The notes: generated by a model from the sequence alone, not told the origin. Shown: positions 26,306 through 38,043, counted from the first letter of the stretch. The stretch is 56,371 nt of DNA from Chiloscyllium plagiosum (GCF_004010195.1 NC_057753.1:10872340-10928710); one strand, 5' to 3'. Made by a program: numbers and translations.

Positions 26306-26536
26306 CGAATAAAAGTAAATTACTGCGGATACTGAAATCTGAAACCAAGAGAAAATGCCGGAAAATCTCAGCAGGTCTGGCAGCATCTGTAAGGAGAGAA
26401 AAGATCTGACATTTCGAGTCTCACTGAACCTTTGTCAAAGCTTTGACCAAGGGTCAATTAGACTCGAAATGTCAGCACTTTTCTCTCCTTACAGATGCTG
26501 CCAGACCTGCTGAGATTTTCCAGCATTTTCTCTTTT
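26306..26536. mobile_element. Palindromic non-autonomous element with two back-to-back HHR-like motifs (family C)
   Basis: Arms of ~95 bp centred on aagctt (26438-26443); 12-bp TSD ggtaggggactc at 26294-26305 and 26537-26548; empty paralogous site at ~12194. Confidence 0.85.
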
Positions 26537-27079
26537 GGTAGGGGACTCTCAAACTAGCGGGCATAGGTTTAGGGTGAGAGGGGAAAGAATTAAAAGGTAA
26601 CTTTTTCACGCAGACGGTGGTGAGTATGTTGAACGAACTGCCAAAGGAAGTGGTGGAGACTGCTTCATTTACAATATTTAAAAGGCATCTGGATGGGTTT
26701 ATGAATAGGAAGGGTTGAAAAAGATATGGGCGAAATGCTGGCAAATGGGACATGACACTAATTTAGAATTCAGTGCTCTGCAACTCTATTTCTATATATT
26801 CAAAACCAATTTCACAAGACTAGGAATAGGCAATTCACCCGAGCTGTTGCCTAACTAAATACAAATTTCAGAAAGACACCTGCAGCTCTTTTAAAAAATT
26901 GAACATGCTTTCAGATTTTAACAATGTTTCTGAATATGTCATTTTGGCTATTTTCAAGCGTAAAGATCAGCCATTTCTCACCTCCCTGAACCCCGTCTTT
27001 CGCAGGTAGAGTCGTGACCATCCATTCTCTCTCTCTTCTTAGAAGGGCTTGATACAGTGATCAAAGAGGGCTTGAGAGT

Positions 27080-27485
27080 CGAGTAAGGATAGAGAGGAGG
27101 TGGAGGTGGAGGTGGGGTGGGGTGTGAAGAGATAAAACGGACAGGGCGACAGAGAGTAGGGAATAGAAAAAGACTGGAGTACAGCGGGTGGGGAGGAAGA
27201 GAAAGGCTGGGTGTGCAGAGCGTTAGGGCAGCGAGAGAAAGAATGAATGGTGTGGGGAGGGGAGAGAGAGAAAAAATGGACAGGGAGGAGGTTGTAGAGT
27301 TTCGTCAGAAGGACTGGACGGGGAGGCAGAGGGTGGGAAGAGAAACGACAGGTGTGCAGAGGGTGGGATGTTGAGAGAGAGCGAGAAGGGACAGGAAGCT
27401 GGGGATAGAAAGAGAGAGAAATGGATAGGGTGTTGGGGCTAGGGGCGAGAGAGAATGGACAGGAATCTGGTGGTGGGGGAACGGA
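27080..27485 (+). repeat. Purine-rich (GA) low-complexity tract
   Basis: Strong G/A bias without exact periodicity; a shorter paralog lies at ~13110-13250. Confidence 0.8.
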
Positions 27486-27764
27486 CAAGGGGCCCTGTGT
27501 GAGCGCAGTCATCCTCATGACCTGGCATCAGCAAACCACTGCCTTTCTGTTTTAAAAACTAAATAAATAAAGACTTGGGGATGGCAAGAAGTGGCTGAGG
27601 AACTGAACTTGCAGGAGAGGGGAGCTGGGCAAAAACAGGAGGGTGGAAGGGTGAATTCTGATTGGAATCCATTGAAAGGTGGAGGAATTGGGATTCAGAT
27701 CTCAGGTATAAGATAGAGAAGGCTGTTTCTTACAAACCAGACTTCTCTCATCCTATTTTCTGCC

Positions 27765-28105
27765 CTGCACTGACAACATTGATTTCTATGCTCTCTTCTC
27801 ACAAGGTATTAGCAGAGGAGCATCTGCTGTTAAGGCAAGCACAAGAAATGTACTCAGGGCCTGAATATCAGCAGCATTTGAAGCGAGGAGGAGAAATGTT
27901 TGGCTGCAGGAAATGATTTTAAACATCAGCGTGACTTGAGAAGCCCCATGATTACATACAGCCTGCGTGAGAGTGCTCCAGGGTTCTGATTATGTAGAGA
28001 ACTTTAACTCTTTCGCGAAATGTGGACGAGGGTTCTCACAGTAGACAAGCCTTCACTGAATCGTTAAAGCTGCAGAGACCCAATGACCCCTGCCCTGTGG
28101 AAGCA
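27765..28105 (+). pseudogene. Relic 5' part of a ZNF exon
   Basis: ctgac..cacaag acceptor, cctgaatatcagcagcatttgaa, ggagaaatgtttg, aaacatcagcgtgact and tgtggacgagggttc, colinear with the exon starts at 50659 and 42484. Confidence 0.6.
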
Positions 28106-28284
28106 AATTCAATTCCTTAAACGGACTGGAGTGTCACCAGGATTAGGGAGAAGGGAATCTCCTGCTGAGCATTGGAGAGGGGATTCCTTCAATCCACGAT
28201 CACATGGCACCAGGTTCAATCCCACCCTCGGACCCTGCATGGAGTTTGCATATTCTCTCCTCTCCCCCACCCCACGTGCGTGGT

Positions 28285-28650
28285 TTAGAGTCATAGAGAT
28301 GTACACCATGAAAACAGACCCTTCGGTCTAACTCGTCCATGCTGACCAGATATCTCGACCCAATCTCATCCCACCTGCTAGCATCCAGCCCATATCCCTC
28401 CAAACCCTTCCTATTCATATACCCATCCAAATGCCTTTTAAATGTTGTAATCGTACTAGCCTCCACCACTTCCTCTGACAGTTCATCCCATACATGTAAC
28501 ACCCTCTGCGTGAAAAAGTTGCCCCTTAGGTTTCTTTTATATCTTTTCCCTCTCACTCTAAACCTATGCGCTCTAGTTCTGGACTCCCCCACCTCAGGGA
28601 AGAGACTTTATCTATTTATCTTATCCATGCCCCTCATGATTTTATAAACT
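28285..28650 (-). mobile_element. CR1/HER1 LINE 3' end
   Basis: GESRTRAHRFRVRG..NFFTQRV..WDEL; tail. Confidence 0.85.
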
Positions 28651-30921
28651 TGGCCATGCTAAGTTCCCCTGCAGTAGTGAGTTATTGGGTGGCATGACAG
28701 TCATTGTGGACCCAATGAGCCAAATGGCCTGTTCACACACTGTAGGGAATCTACGATTATGAGATCTGTCAAACCAGCAACTTCTGATTGGTGAAGTATA
28801 AGTCCAGGAGCCAATCTTTCAGCAGTTTTTGATTTACTTATACACTGGAAAGGTTCGGTGTCAGAGAGGTATTTTCTAAATGGGTCTCAGTATTATATAA
28901 TGACCCCCAAAGCAACTGTGATCACCAATGGTTAGGTTCGGATAACTTCAGTGTTGGTAGGGGCTGTCGTCAGGGATGTCCTGTCTCACCATTATCATTC
29001 ATGCTAGTAATCGAACCACTAGCAGAAGCTGTACAAACTGACCCTAACGTAGCGGCTCCGAGGGTTGGTTCAGGTACACATAAAGTTACTCTCTATGCAG
29101 ATGACGTCCTCCTTTTCTTAAGTGATCCTTTGATATCCGTGCCCTGCCTAATTCAAGTGGTCAATCTATTTAGCATGTTCTTAATCTATAAAATCAATTT
29201 TGTGAAATCAGAGGCCACGCCATTGGATGGTATCGCCAGTATATCCAACTTACCGGACAGATCTTGCTTTCCCTTTTGGTGGTCACTGGAAAGTTTTCGA
29301 TACTTAGGTATTTTTATCACCCCAGTATTTGTTCAGCTGTATAAAGCCAATTTTGTACACCTATTAGAGAAAATAAGGCAGGACCTTCAACGATGGGGAG
29401 ATCTCCCAATATCCTGCTTAGGCAGAGTAGCTCCAGTTAAAATGAATATTCTACCTCATCTTCTATATCCTATGAGAATGTTCCCCTCGATGTTGTCGAG
29501 ACTGGCATTGTGTAAGCTCCACGGCTGGCTTGGTTCCTTTATCTGGAATCATAGACAGCCCCTTATCAAATTAGAAAAGCTGCAACTTCCACAGGCAAGG
29601 GGAGGACTGGACTTTCCAGACTTTAGGAAGTATCAGTTGAGCTCTTTATTATCTTATGTAGCTGATTGGGTCTCTTGTGACCCACAATCAATTTGGTTAG
29701 ACATTGAGATCTCCCAAGCAAAGTATCCCCTCATCAATCTTTTATTTACGGATAAGATGAGAGCTATTATGGAGTATTGAAAAAACCCTATTGTATTAAA
29801 TACAATTAAAGCCTGGAGGATAATGCGACAAGATGAGGGTAACCTGCAAAAAACCTCCCCTTATACTCCTATCGTGGGCACATCGGGATTTTAGCAGGGC
29901 TGACAGATGCTACATTTAAAACTTGGAAGTCCAGAGGTATCTCTTGCTTGGGGGACCTGTTCGATGGCGAGATTATGAAGTCTTTTGAGCAGTTGCACCA
30001 GAAGTTTGGACTGCCTAACAGGGACCTTTTTTGGTATTTCCAAATATGAGATTATATACAGAAGAAGACCACACTGATAGGCAATCCCTACAAATCAGAT
30101 AGGGAAAGAAGAGTACTATGGCCAATGGGGCCGCCCTCAGTCAGTACTCTTTATCACTCACTATACAATGAGGTATCGAAAGACATGGAACGATTATTTA
30201 AAGCATGGAACCAAGAATTGGGGTTAAAAATCTCTTTAGAAATGTGGGAGGACATCTGGGAAAATGCCAAAGAGATCTCTATTTGTAGTAGAACTCAAGC
30301 TATTCAATTAAAGATGCTCATATAGCACCTGAATGACTCGCAAAATAGGATCATCGCCAATGTGTCCTAAATGCAAAATAGAAGTTGGCACTCTCACGCA
30401 TTGTCTATGGACATGTCACAAGATCAGTAAATACTGGGACAGAGTAGCGAATGCTCTGACAGAGAGCTTAAGTACGGAGATTAGGTTGGATCCAGTGTCT
30501 CTACTCTTGGGCTTTTCAGATTTACCCTCCCTGGACGTGCTCAGGAGGAAACTATTATCCATTCTCTCCTTTTGAGCAAGGAAAAATATTTTAGTGAACT
30601 GGGCAGCTGAAGGCCCTCCAGGACTTTCGAACTGGCACAGGTTAATCATGGAATATATCCACCTTGACTTCCTCACAAATATGGTGCACCAAAAAACTGA
30701 ATTATTCTATAAAATATGGCAGCCCTTTTTGAACTATATCGACATAATGTCCAGGGCTTTTGTCTGGCTGTGGTAATGGTTCTGGCTGGTCCGGGGACCC
30801 CCAAGAGGAGGAATCCCTTATAAATATGGGTTTTATTATGACTTGATGTAAATCTATTTTGAGCATGTACTTAGTTATTTAATTATTCTGTTGTCTGTCG
30901 CTAGTAATGTATGATATCCTA

Positions 30922-31523
30922 GTTAAAAATCACACAACACCAGGTTATAGTCCAATAGGTTTGATTGGAAGCACATTAGCTTTCGGAGCGTCGTTCCTTC
31001 ATCAGGTGGTAGTGGAGGACACAATTGGAAGGCGCAGAATTTATAGCAAAATTTTACAGGGTGAATTTGTAGTTGCAGAGTTACATTGTACTTTGCTCAA
31101 AAACTGCATGAATTCATGTAAGACTCTGTTATCTCACTTTTTAGATTCGAATTAATCTAAACATCATGGCACAGACAGAGAACACAGGGGGCTAACACCT
31201 TCAACATATTGTCTAGCTGACACCAATTAGATTTAGATTAGATTTGATTAGATTTGATTACAGTGTGGAAACAGGCCCTTCGGCCCAACAAGTCCACACC
31301 GACCCGCCGAAGCGCAACCCACCCATACCCCTAAATTTACCCCTTACCTAACACTACGGGCAATTTAGCATGGCCAATTCACCTGACCTGCACATCTTTG
31401 GACTGTGGGAGGAAACCGGAGCACCCGGNNNNGTGTGCTTCCAATTAAACATGTTGGACTATAACCTGGTGTTGTGTGATTTTTAATTTTGTCCACCCGA
31501 GTCCAACACCGGCATCTCCAAAT
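30922..31523. mobile_element. Family-A Penelope pLTR insertion with inverted ends, HHR at 30974-31008 (minus)
   Basis: Inverted family-A tails at both ends; TSD tatgatat[c/t]cta at 30910-30921 and 31524-31535; contains a nested SINE and a 4-N gap. Confidence 0.75.
31228..31428 (-). mobile_element. HE1-type SINE, 3' part
   Basis: (gatta) tail repeats and V-domain core; ends at the N gap. Confidence 0.85.
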
Positions 31524-31805
31524 TATGATATTCTATTTTATGTTTAGGTTGTTTGTAGGATAGATCAGTTGGGTTTTTCTCTTTTATTGGTTTCGGTTAT
31601 TCCTTTTCTTTTTTCTTATTTATTTAATTTTATATTGGTGATTATACTTGTTTGTAGTACTTTTGTAAGTTTGTAAAAAAAAATTTAAATTTCCTTTTAG
31701 AATAAAAATAACTATTAAAAAAGTCCTTTTTTTTCCACTTTTTAAAAAAATTTCTTATTCAACTGACTCTTTCTAATTGTCCAGATGGGCTGGACCTCTT
31801 TTCAG

Positions 31806-32100
31806 TTTAGATTAGATTCCCTACAGGGTGGAAACAGGCCATTTGGCCCAACAAGTCCAAGCCGACCCTCTGAACAGTAACCCTCTAACAAATACATCTA
31901 ACACTATGGGCAATTTAGCATGGCCAATTCACATGACCTACACATCTTTGGACTGAGGGAGGAAACCGGAGCACCCGGAGGAAACCCACGCAGACACAGG
32001 GAAAACGTGCAAACTCCACACAGCCCGAGGCTGGAATCAAACCCAGGTCCCTACTGCTGTGACACAGCAGTGCTAACCACTGAGCCACAGTGCCGTCCCA
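31806..32100 (-). mobile_element. HE1-type V-SINE
   Basis: Reverse complement of the 54183 SINE, with A and B boxes. Confidence 0.9.
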
Positions 32101-32867
32101 ATAAATGTCTTTTTATCTGTCCTCAAACAATCATAATCAATCTGTCCCTCCTTAACATTGATTTTTTTAGTTGGCAGAATCCAACCCTTACTTTAGATAA
32201 ACCTTCGGAATCAAAACACACAAACCTTTCAAAACTAATCAAAGATTTTCCATGTTCTGTACAAATCATTACAGACGTCCTCACCTCTGGGACTCCCAGT
32301 TATATCCCCATATGAGCTGTTATTTTCATTAAATAATCTGAAAATTATTGACTTCTCTCAACCTCTTCGATCCTGGGAAATTTCCATTCTCTGCGAAGTT
32401 TGTTACACATTGGCAAGTTCAATCCTCCCCCACTTCTCAAGAACACACTTTATAGCATGCAACATTCTCAGTACCTGGTAAAGTTCAGTGGGGAAACTAT
32501 TTTCAGTCCAACAGAATTCCTCGGAAATATTTTTGACAAATGCACTGCTCCCACCAGAGCTGGGGTTCCGCAGCCCCTTTTTTATTTCCCCATCTTCCCA
32601 GGATACAGAATTTCTCCCACCAGAAACTGTTGCCCTGAAAAAAAATTCAGCAGGAAGATCATTATGCAGCTATCATTAAAAAAATCTCATTTGGGTCACC
32701 CAAGGATAGAAATGGAAGAACCTGTCTCTTCAAGCTTACTGTTCGATTTGCCCTTACAACATTCCTTGAATTTAAGGTGTTCCTTTGTAGTGTTTAATTA
32801 TGATCCGTTAAAAGCAGTATCCAGTCTCATCTGAACCAAAGTTCAGGCAGCATCCGAGGAGCAGTAA

Positions 32868-32903
32868 AATCGACGTTTCGGGCAAAAGCCCTTCATCAGG
32901 AAT
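32868..32903 (-). ncRNA. Minimal type-I hammerhead ribozyme, core intact
   Basis: auuc CUGAUGA a GGGC uuuu GCCC GAAA CGU C/gauu. Confidence 0.75.
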
Positions 32904-33322
32904 ACAGGCAGAGTGTCTGATGGGTGGAGAAGTTTGGAACAGGGGTGAGGTGGGGGAAGGGGAAATGAGGAAACTGTTCAAGTCCACATTGATGCCCTGG
33001 GGTTGAAGTGTTCCGAGGCGGAAGATGAGGTGGTGAGGGAGCGGCAGTGAAGGAGGCCCAAGAACTCCATGTCCTCAGCAGAGTGGGAGGGGGAGTTGAA
33101 ATGTTGGGCCACAGGGCGGTGTGGTTGATAAATAATAAAAGCTTCAGGGCAGAGGAAATGACTTGGGAGTTGCAGTGGGAGAGGGACTCCCCGAGATTCT
33201 TGTAGAGAGAGGAGGAAAACTTCTTCAAGGCATGATTCGGAGATGCCGGTGTTGGACTGGGGTGTACAAAGTTAATAATCACACAACACCAGGTTATAGT
33301 CCAACAGGTTTAATTGGAAGCA

Positions 33323-33357
33323 CACTAGCTTTCGGAGCGTCGCTCCTTCATCAGGTG
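33323..33357 (-). ncRNA. Minimal type-I hammerhead ribozyme (family A)
   Basis: cac CUGAUGA a GGAGC gac GCUCC GAAA GCU A/gug. Confidence 0.75.
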
Positions 33358-33365
33358 ATTGTGAT

Positions 33366-33400
33366 CACCTGATGAAGGAGCGTCGCTCCGAAAGCTCGTG
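33366..33400 (+). ncRNA. Minimal type-I hammerhead ribozyme (family A)
   Basis: cac CUGAUGA a GGAGC guc GCUCC GAAA GCU C/gug. Confidence 0.75.
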
Positions 33401-33615
33401 TGCTTCCAATTAAACCTGTTGGACTATAACCTGGTGTTGTGTGATTTTTAACTTTCTTCAAGGCAGGCATCGTTGCAAGAGGATTTGCAGTATGGTTAAA
33501 ATCAGCTAGGTAAAAACAATGACTGCAGATGCTGGAAACCAGATTCTGAATTCTTTTCCAGCACCACTTTAATCCAGAATCTGATTTCCAGCATTTGCAG
33601 TCATTGTTTTTACCT

Positions 33616-33650
33616 CATCTGAAGAAGGGCTCATGTCCGAAACGTCGATT
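33616..33650 (+). ncRNA. Minimal hammerhead core (family B), weak stem I
   Basis: CUGAAGA a GGGC ucau GUCC GAAA CGU C; predicted cut after 33646. Confidence 0.6.
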
Positions 33651-33788
33651 CTCCTGTTCCTTGGATGCTGCCTGACCATCTGCGCTTTTCCAGCAACACA
33701 TTTTCAACTCTGAAGGTTCTGAATTCTTTTCCAGCACCACTTTAATCCAGAATCTGATTTCCAGCATTTGCAGTCATTGTTTTTACCT

Positions 33789-33823
33789 CATCTGAAGAAG
33801 GGCTCATGCCCGAAACGTCGATT
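33789..33823 (+). ncRNA. Minimal hammerhead core (family B), weak stem I
   Basis: CUGAAGA a GGGC ucau GCCC GAAA CGU C; predicted cut after 33819. Confidence 0.6.
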
Positions 33824-34807
33824 CTCCTGTTCCCTAGATGCTGCCTGACCATCTGCGCTTTTCCAGCAACGCATTTTCAGCTCTGATCTCCAGCATCTGC
33901 AGTCCTCACTTTCTCCTCCTTTACCTCATCTGAACCAATTCAACTGATGAACAAGCATAACAACTGTTCTGTCTGCTCTTGAGATGTGACATCCTTCCCC
34001 TCTCTCTGTTGACCCAACAGGATTATCAGGGCTGCAAGTACTACCTCAAATTATGATTGCTGATCGACACTTTGCTCGTGTTGCTTAACATAAGGATTTA
34101 AAAGCTGCTGGCCTGATCTCCCACAAAGCACAAAAACAGGCTTTCCACCCATGCCTGCTCAGAAGATAAACTTCAGAAGAATAGAGCACAAAATAACAGC
34201 AGGTTACAGTCCCACAACTGTTTCCTATTGGGGGTGTTTGGGGGCGGGAAGTAAAGTGTTTTACTCTCAGACATCGGAGGAAGACGAAGTTTCAGCAAGT
34301 GTGCAGTTAAAATTAAACCCTGCGCTTTTTTCTTGTTTTAACAAGCTCAAACTGCATTGGCTAGAGGGGTAAGAAAAAATGAAGGAAAGGGAGTTTGCAA
34401 AGTCTCCTCCCCCTGATTCCCACTCCTCAGCTGGAGACAGTGCTGCCACCCTCTGTCCAGAAGTAAATGCTGGAAAGGTTAATAGTGAGGAGGATGGTCT
34501 CCGGCCACAGTCTGATATCGAGCAGCTGGTAAATGGGGCAGAGCGATGGAATTTAAACTCGTAGTGTTCAGGAAATTTAATGAGGAAAGGAAGTACACAA
34601 TAGTACTACAGATTACTGAGGAACAAAGGGACCTTGGTGTCCAAGTCAAGAGATCCCCAAAGTTGACAGACCAGGTAAAACAGGGTGACGAGGAAGACAT
34701 TGGGGATGCTTATTTTCATTAACCAGGTCTTGGAATATAGGAGCAAGAAAGTCTAGTCACAGCAGAGGAGGGGATCTTATAGAAGTGTTTAAAATCACGA
34801 GAGGCAT

Positions 34808-37300
34808 AGAACATAGAATAATACAGGCCAGAACAGGCCCTTTGGCCCTCAATGTTGCGCCAACCTGCGAACTATTCTCAGCTCGTCCCCCAACACTACC
34901 CCAACAACATTCATGTGCTTATTCAAGGATTGTTTAAATCTCCCTAATGTGGCTGAGTTAAGTACATTGGCAGATAGGGATTCCATGCCCTTACCATTCT
35001 CAGAGTAAAGAACCTGCTTCTGACATCTGTCTTAAATCTATCACCCCTCAATTTGTAATTTTGTCCCCTCATACAAGCTGATCTCATCATCCTAGGAAAA
35101 AGTCTTTCACTGTCTACCCTAACAGATCATCTCGTATGTCTCTATCAAATCCCCAGTTAGGTTTCTTCTTTCCAATGAGAACAGACCCAAGTCTCTCAGC
35201 CTTTCCTCATAAGACCTTCCCTCCAGACCAAGCAACATCCTGGTAAATCTCCTCTGCACCTTTTCCAATGCTTCCACATCCTTCCCGAAATATGATGACC
35301 AGAACTGTACACAATATTCCAAGTGCAGCCGCACTAGCCTTTTGTATAGTTGCAGCATAATATTGTAGCTCCGGAACTCAATCCCTCTACCAATGAAACC
35401 TAACACAGCGTATGCTTTCTGAACAGCACTATCAACCTGGGTGGCAACTTTCAAGGATCTATGTACATGGACTCCAAGATCCCTCTGGACATCCACACTA
35501 CCAAGAATCTTTCCGTTGACCCAGTACTCTGCCTTCCTGATATTCTTCCTAAAGTGCAACACCTCACATTTAGCTGCATTGAACTCCATTTGCCGTCTCT
35601 CAGCCCAATTCTGCAGTTTATTCAAGTCCCCCTGCAACCTGTAACATTCTTCCAAACTGTCCACTACTCCACCGACTTTAGTGTCATCTGCAAATTTACT
35701 AATCCATCCACCTATTCCTGCATCTAAGTCATTTATAAAAATGACAAATAGCAGTGGTCCCAAAACAGATTCTTGTGGCACACCACTAGTAACTGGACTC
35801 CAAGCTGAATATTTTCCATCAACCACCACTCGCTGCCTTCTTTCAGAAAGCCAGGTTCTAATCCAAGCTGCTAAATCACACTCAATCCCATGCCTCTGTA
35901 TTTTTTTCCAACAGCCTACCACGTGGAACCTTATCAAAGACTTAACTGAAGTCCATGTATACCAAGTCAACTGCCCTACCCTCATCTACATGCTTGGTCA
36001 CCTTCTCACGACGTGCCCTTGACGAAACCATGTTGACTATCTGAAATCAAATTGTTGCTTGCTAGATGATTATAAATCTTATCACTTATAATCCTTACCA
36101 AAACCTTTCCTACAACAGAAGTAAGGTTCACTGGTCTATAATTGTCTGGGTCATCTGTACTGCCCTTCTTGAACAAGGACACAATATTTGCAATCCTTCA
36201 GTCCTCTGGTACTAAACCTGTAGACAATGACGACCCAAATATCAAAGCCAAAGACTCTGCTATCTCCTCCCTAGCTTCCCAGAGAATCCTCAGATAAATC
36301 CTATCCAGCCCAGGAGAGTTGTCTACTTTCACTCCTAGACCTGATAACACCTCTTTGCAACTAACCTCTATCATTTCTAGTCTAATATCTCATATCTCTT
36401 TCTTCTCTTCTACAATATTCTCCTTTTCCTGAGTGAAAACCAATGAGAAATGTTCGTTTAGCACCTCTCCAATTCAACAGGGTCCACATTCAACTTCCCA
36501 TTTTTGTCTTTGCCTGGCCCTATTCCTACTCTAGTCATCCTTTTATTCCTCACATACCTATAGAAAGCTTTAGGATTTTCCTTTATTCTATTTGCTAAAG
36601 ACTGCTTGTGTCCTCTCTTTGCTCTTCTTAACTCTCTCTTTAAATTCTTCCCAGCTGATCTGTAACTCTCCATCGCCTCATTTGAACCTTCTTGTCTCAT
36701 CCACACATAAGCCTCCTTCTTCCGCTTAACAAGAGATGCAATTTCTGTAGCAAACCACTAGCTTATTACTTCCTCCCTGCCTGACAGGGATATACCTTTC
36801 AAGGACATGCAATAGCTGGTCCTCAAACCAGCTCCACATTTCCATTGTCCCCATTCCCCTTCATTTTGCTACTCCATTATATGCATCCTGATTCTTGCCT
36901 AATCGCGTTATAATTGCCCTTGTCCCATAACTCTTAACCTGTGGCATGTACCTATTCCTTTCCATCGCTAAACTAAATGTAACTGAATTATAGTCAGTCC
37001 CTCCAAAGTGTTCACCTACAACTAAATCAAACACTTGGCCTAGTTCATTACCAAGCACCAGATCCAATGTGGCCTCCCCTCTTGTCGGCACTTTGACATA
37101 CTGTGTCAGGAAACCCTCCTGTACACATTGGACAAACACTGATCCATCTGTTGCACTAGAGTTATAGCATTTCCAGTCAATGTTGAGGAAGTTAAAGTCC
37201 CTCATAATGACCATCCTGTTCCTTTCACTCCTACCCAGAATAATTTTGCCAAACCTCTCTTCCATCTACCTGGAACTCCTTGGAGGTCAATAAAAAACTC
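34808..37300 (-). mobile_element. CR1 LINE (endonuclease to RT to 3' tail), degenerate
   Basis: DFNFLNIDW, PTRGEATLDLVL, SGVPQESVLGPLLFVIFINDLD..SKFADDTK. Confidence 0.92.
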
Positions 37301-37304
37301 CAAG

Positions 37305-37990
37305 CAGTGTGAATGCACTCAGTCTTTTTCCCAAAGCTGGGGAATTGAGAACGAGAGGACATCCGTTTAAGGTGAGAGGAGAAAGAATAAAAGGGAACAT
37401 GAGGGGTTTTTTTTTTACACAGAGGGTGGTGCACATATGGAATGAACTGCAAGTGGAAGTGGTTGATGTGGGTACATTAACAACATTTAAAAGGCATTTG
37501 GACAAACACAAAGGTTTAGAAGGATATGGGCCAAGTGCAGGGAAGTGGGGGATTACTGCAGAAGGACATATTGGTCGGGATGGATCAGTTTGGCGCACAC
37601 AGGTCTGGTTGCCCAACATCGGAAGGACGTGAAATTCATCAGGGTGTTGCCTGGGATGGAAATTCTCAGTTATGAGGAGGGACTGAATAGGCCGTGTTTG
37701 TTTACCCTGAAGCAGAGGAGGCTATGGGGGGTGCAGGGGGGCGGGTGGCGGGGGGGGATCTGACTGAGGTGTGCAAAATTCAGAGAGGCACAGACGGAGG
37801 ACACTGTGAGAATCTTTTGAAGACCAGAGGGCACAAGTTGAAGGTCAGGAGTAAGTAGTCCAGAGAAGATCTGAGAAAAGAGATTTCACCCTGAGGGTGG
37901 CCGAATTCAGGAACATACTGCATGAGAGAGTGATAGAGGTAGGGACTCTCATAATTGGCATAACTGGTTGAGCACTTAAGATGCCATGTC
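37305..37990 (+). mobile_element. CR1 LINE 3' fragments
   Basis: RTRGHPFKVRGE..FFTQRVVHIWNEL. Confidence 0.75.
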
Positions 37991-38043
37991 CCCTAAGGTA
38001 GTCATAGAGTTACATAGTGCGGAAACAGACCCTTCGATCCAAC

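Larger units (their letters stand above)
13720..27100. repeat. Tandem segmental duplication unit B (ZNF coding exon deleted, extra CR1 insertions)
   Basis: Colinear with unit A, e.g. 13865~2655, 14672~3944, 18780~7840, 25901~11760, 27007~13045. Confidence 0.85.
28840..31722 (+). mobile_element. L1-clade LINE, 3' half of ORF2 plus 3' UTR, degenerate
   Basis: GCRQGCPVSP..IEPLAE..LYADDVLLFL..YKINFVKSE..YLGI..GGLDFPD; Cys-rich CPKC..HCLWTC; T-rich UTR ending aataaaaataactattaaaaaa. Confidence 0.9.
32840..33924. mobile_element. Nested Penelope composite: outer minus-strand element plus two internal HHR-bearing insertions
   Basis: 14-bp TSD ctcatctgaaccaa at 32826-32839 and 33925-33938; HHR at 32868-32903; GIY-YIG C-terminal remnant (IFRLGTLQPQGINVD); inverted pLTR end at 33508-33615. 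Confidence 0.85.

Noticed and set aside
29001..29780. 259-aa ORF as a host gene
   Set aside because: It is a segment of L1 ORF2 RT, with stops and frameshifts on both sides.
32400..32834. 144-aa plus-strand ORF in unique sequence
   Set aside because: No recognisable domain; it lies in a duplicated flank whose inverted paralog is broken up by insertions.
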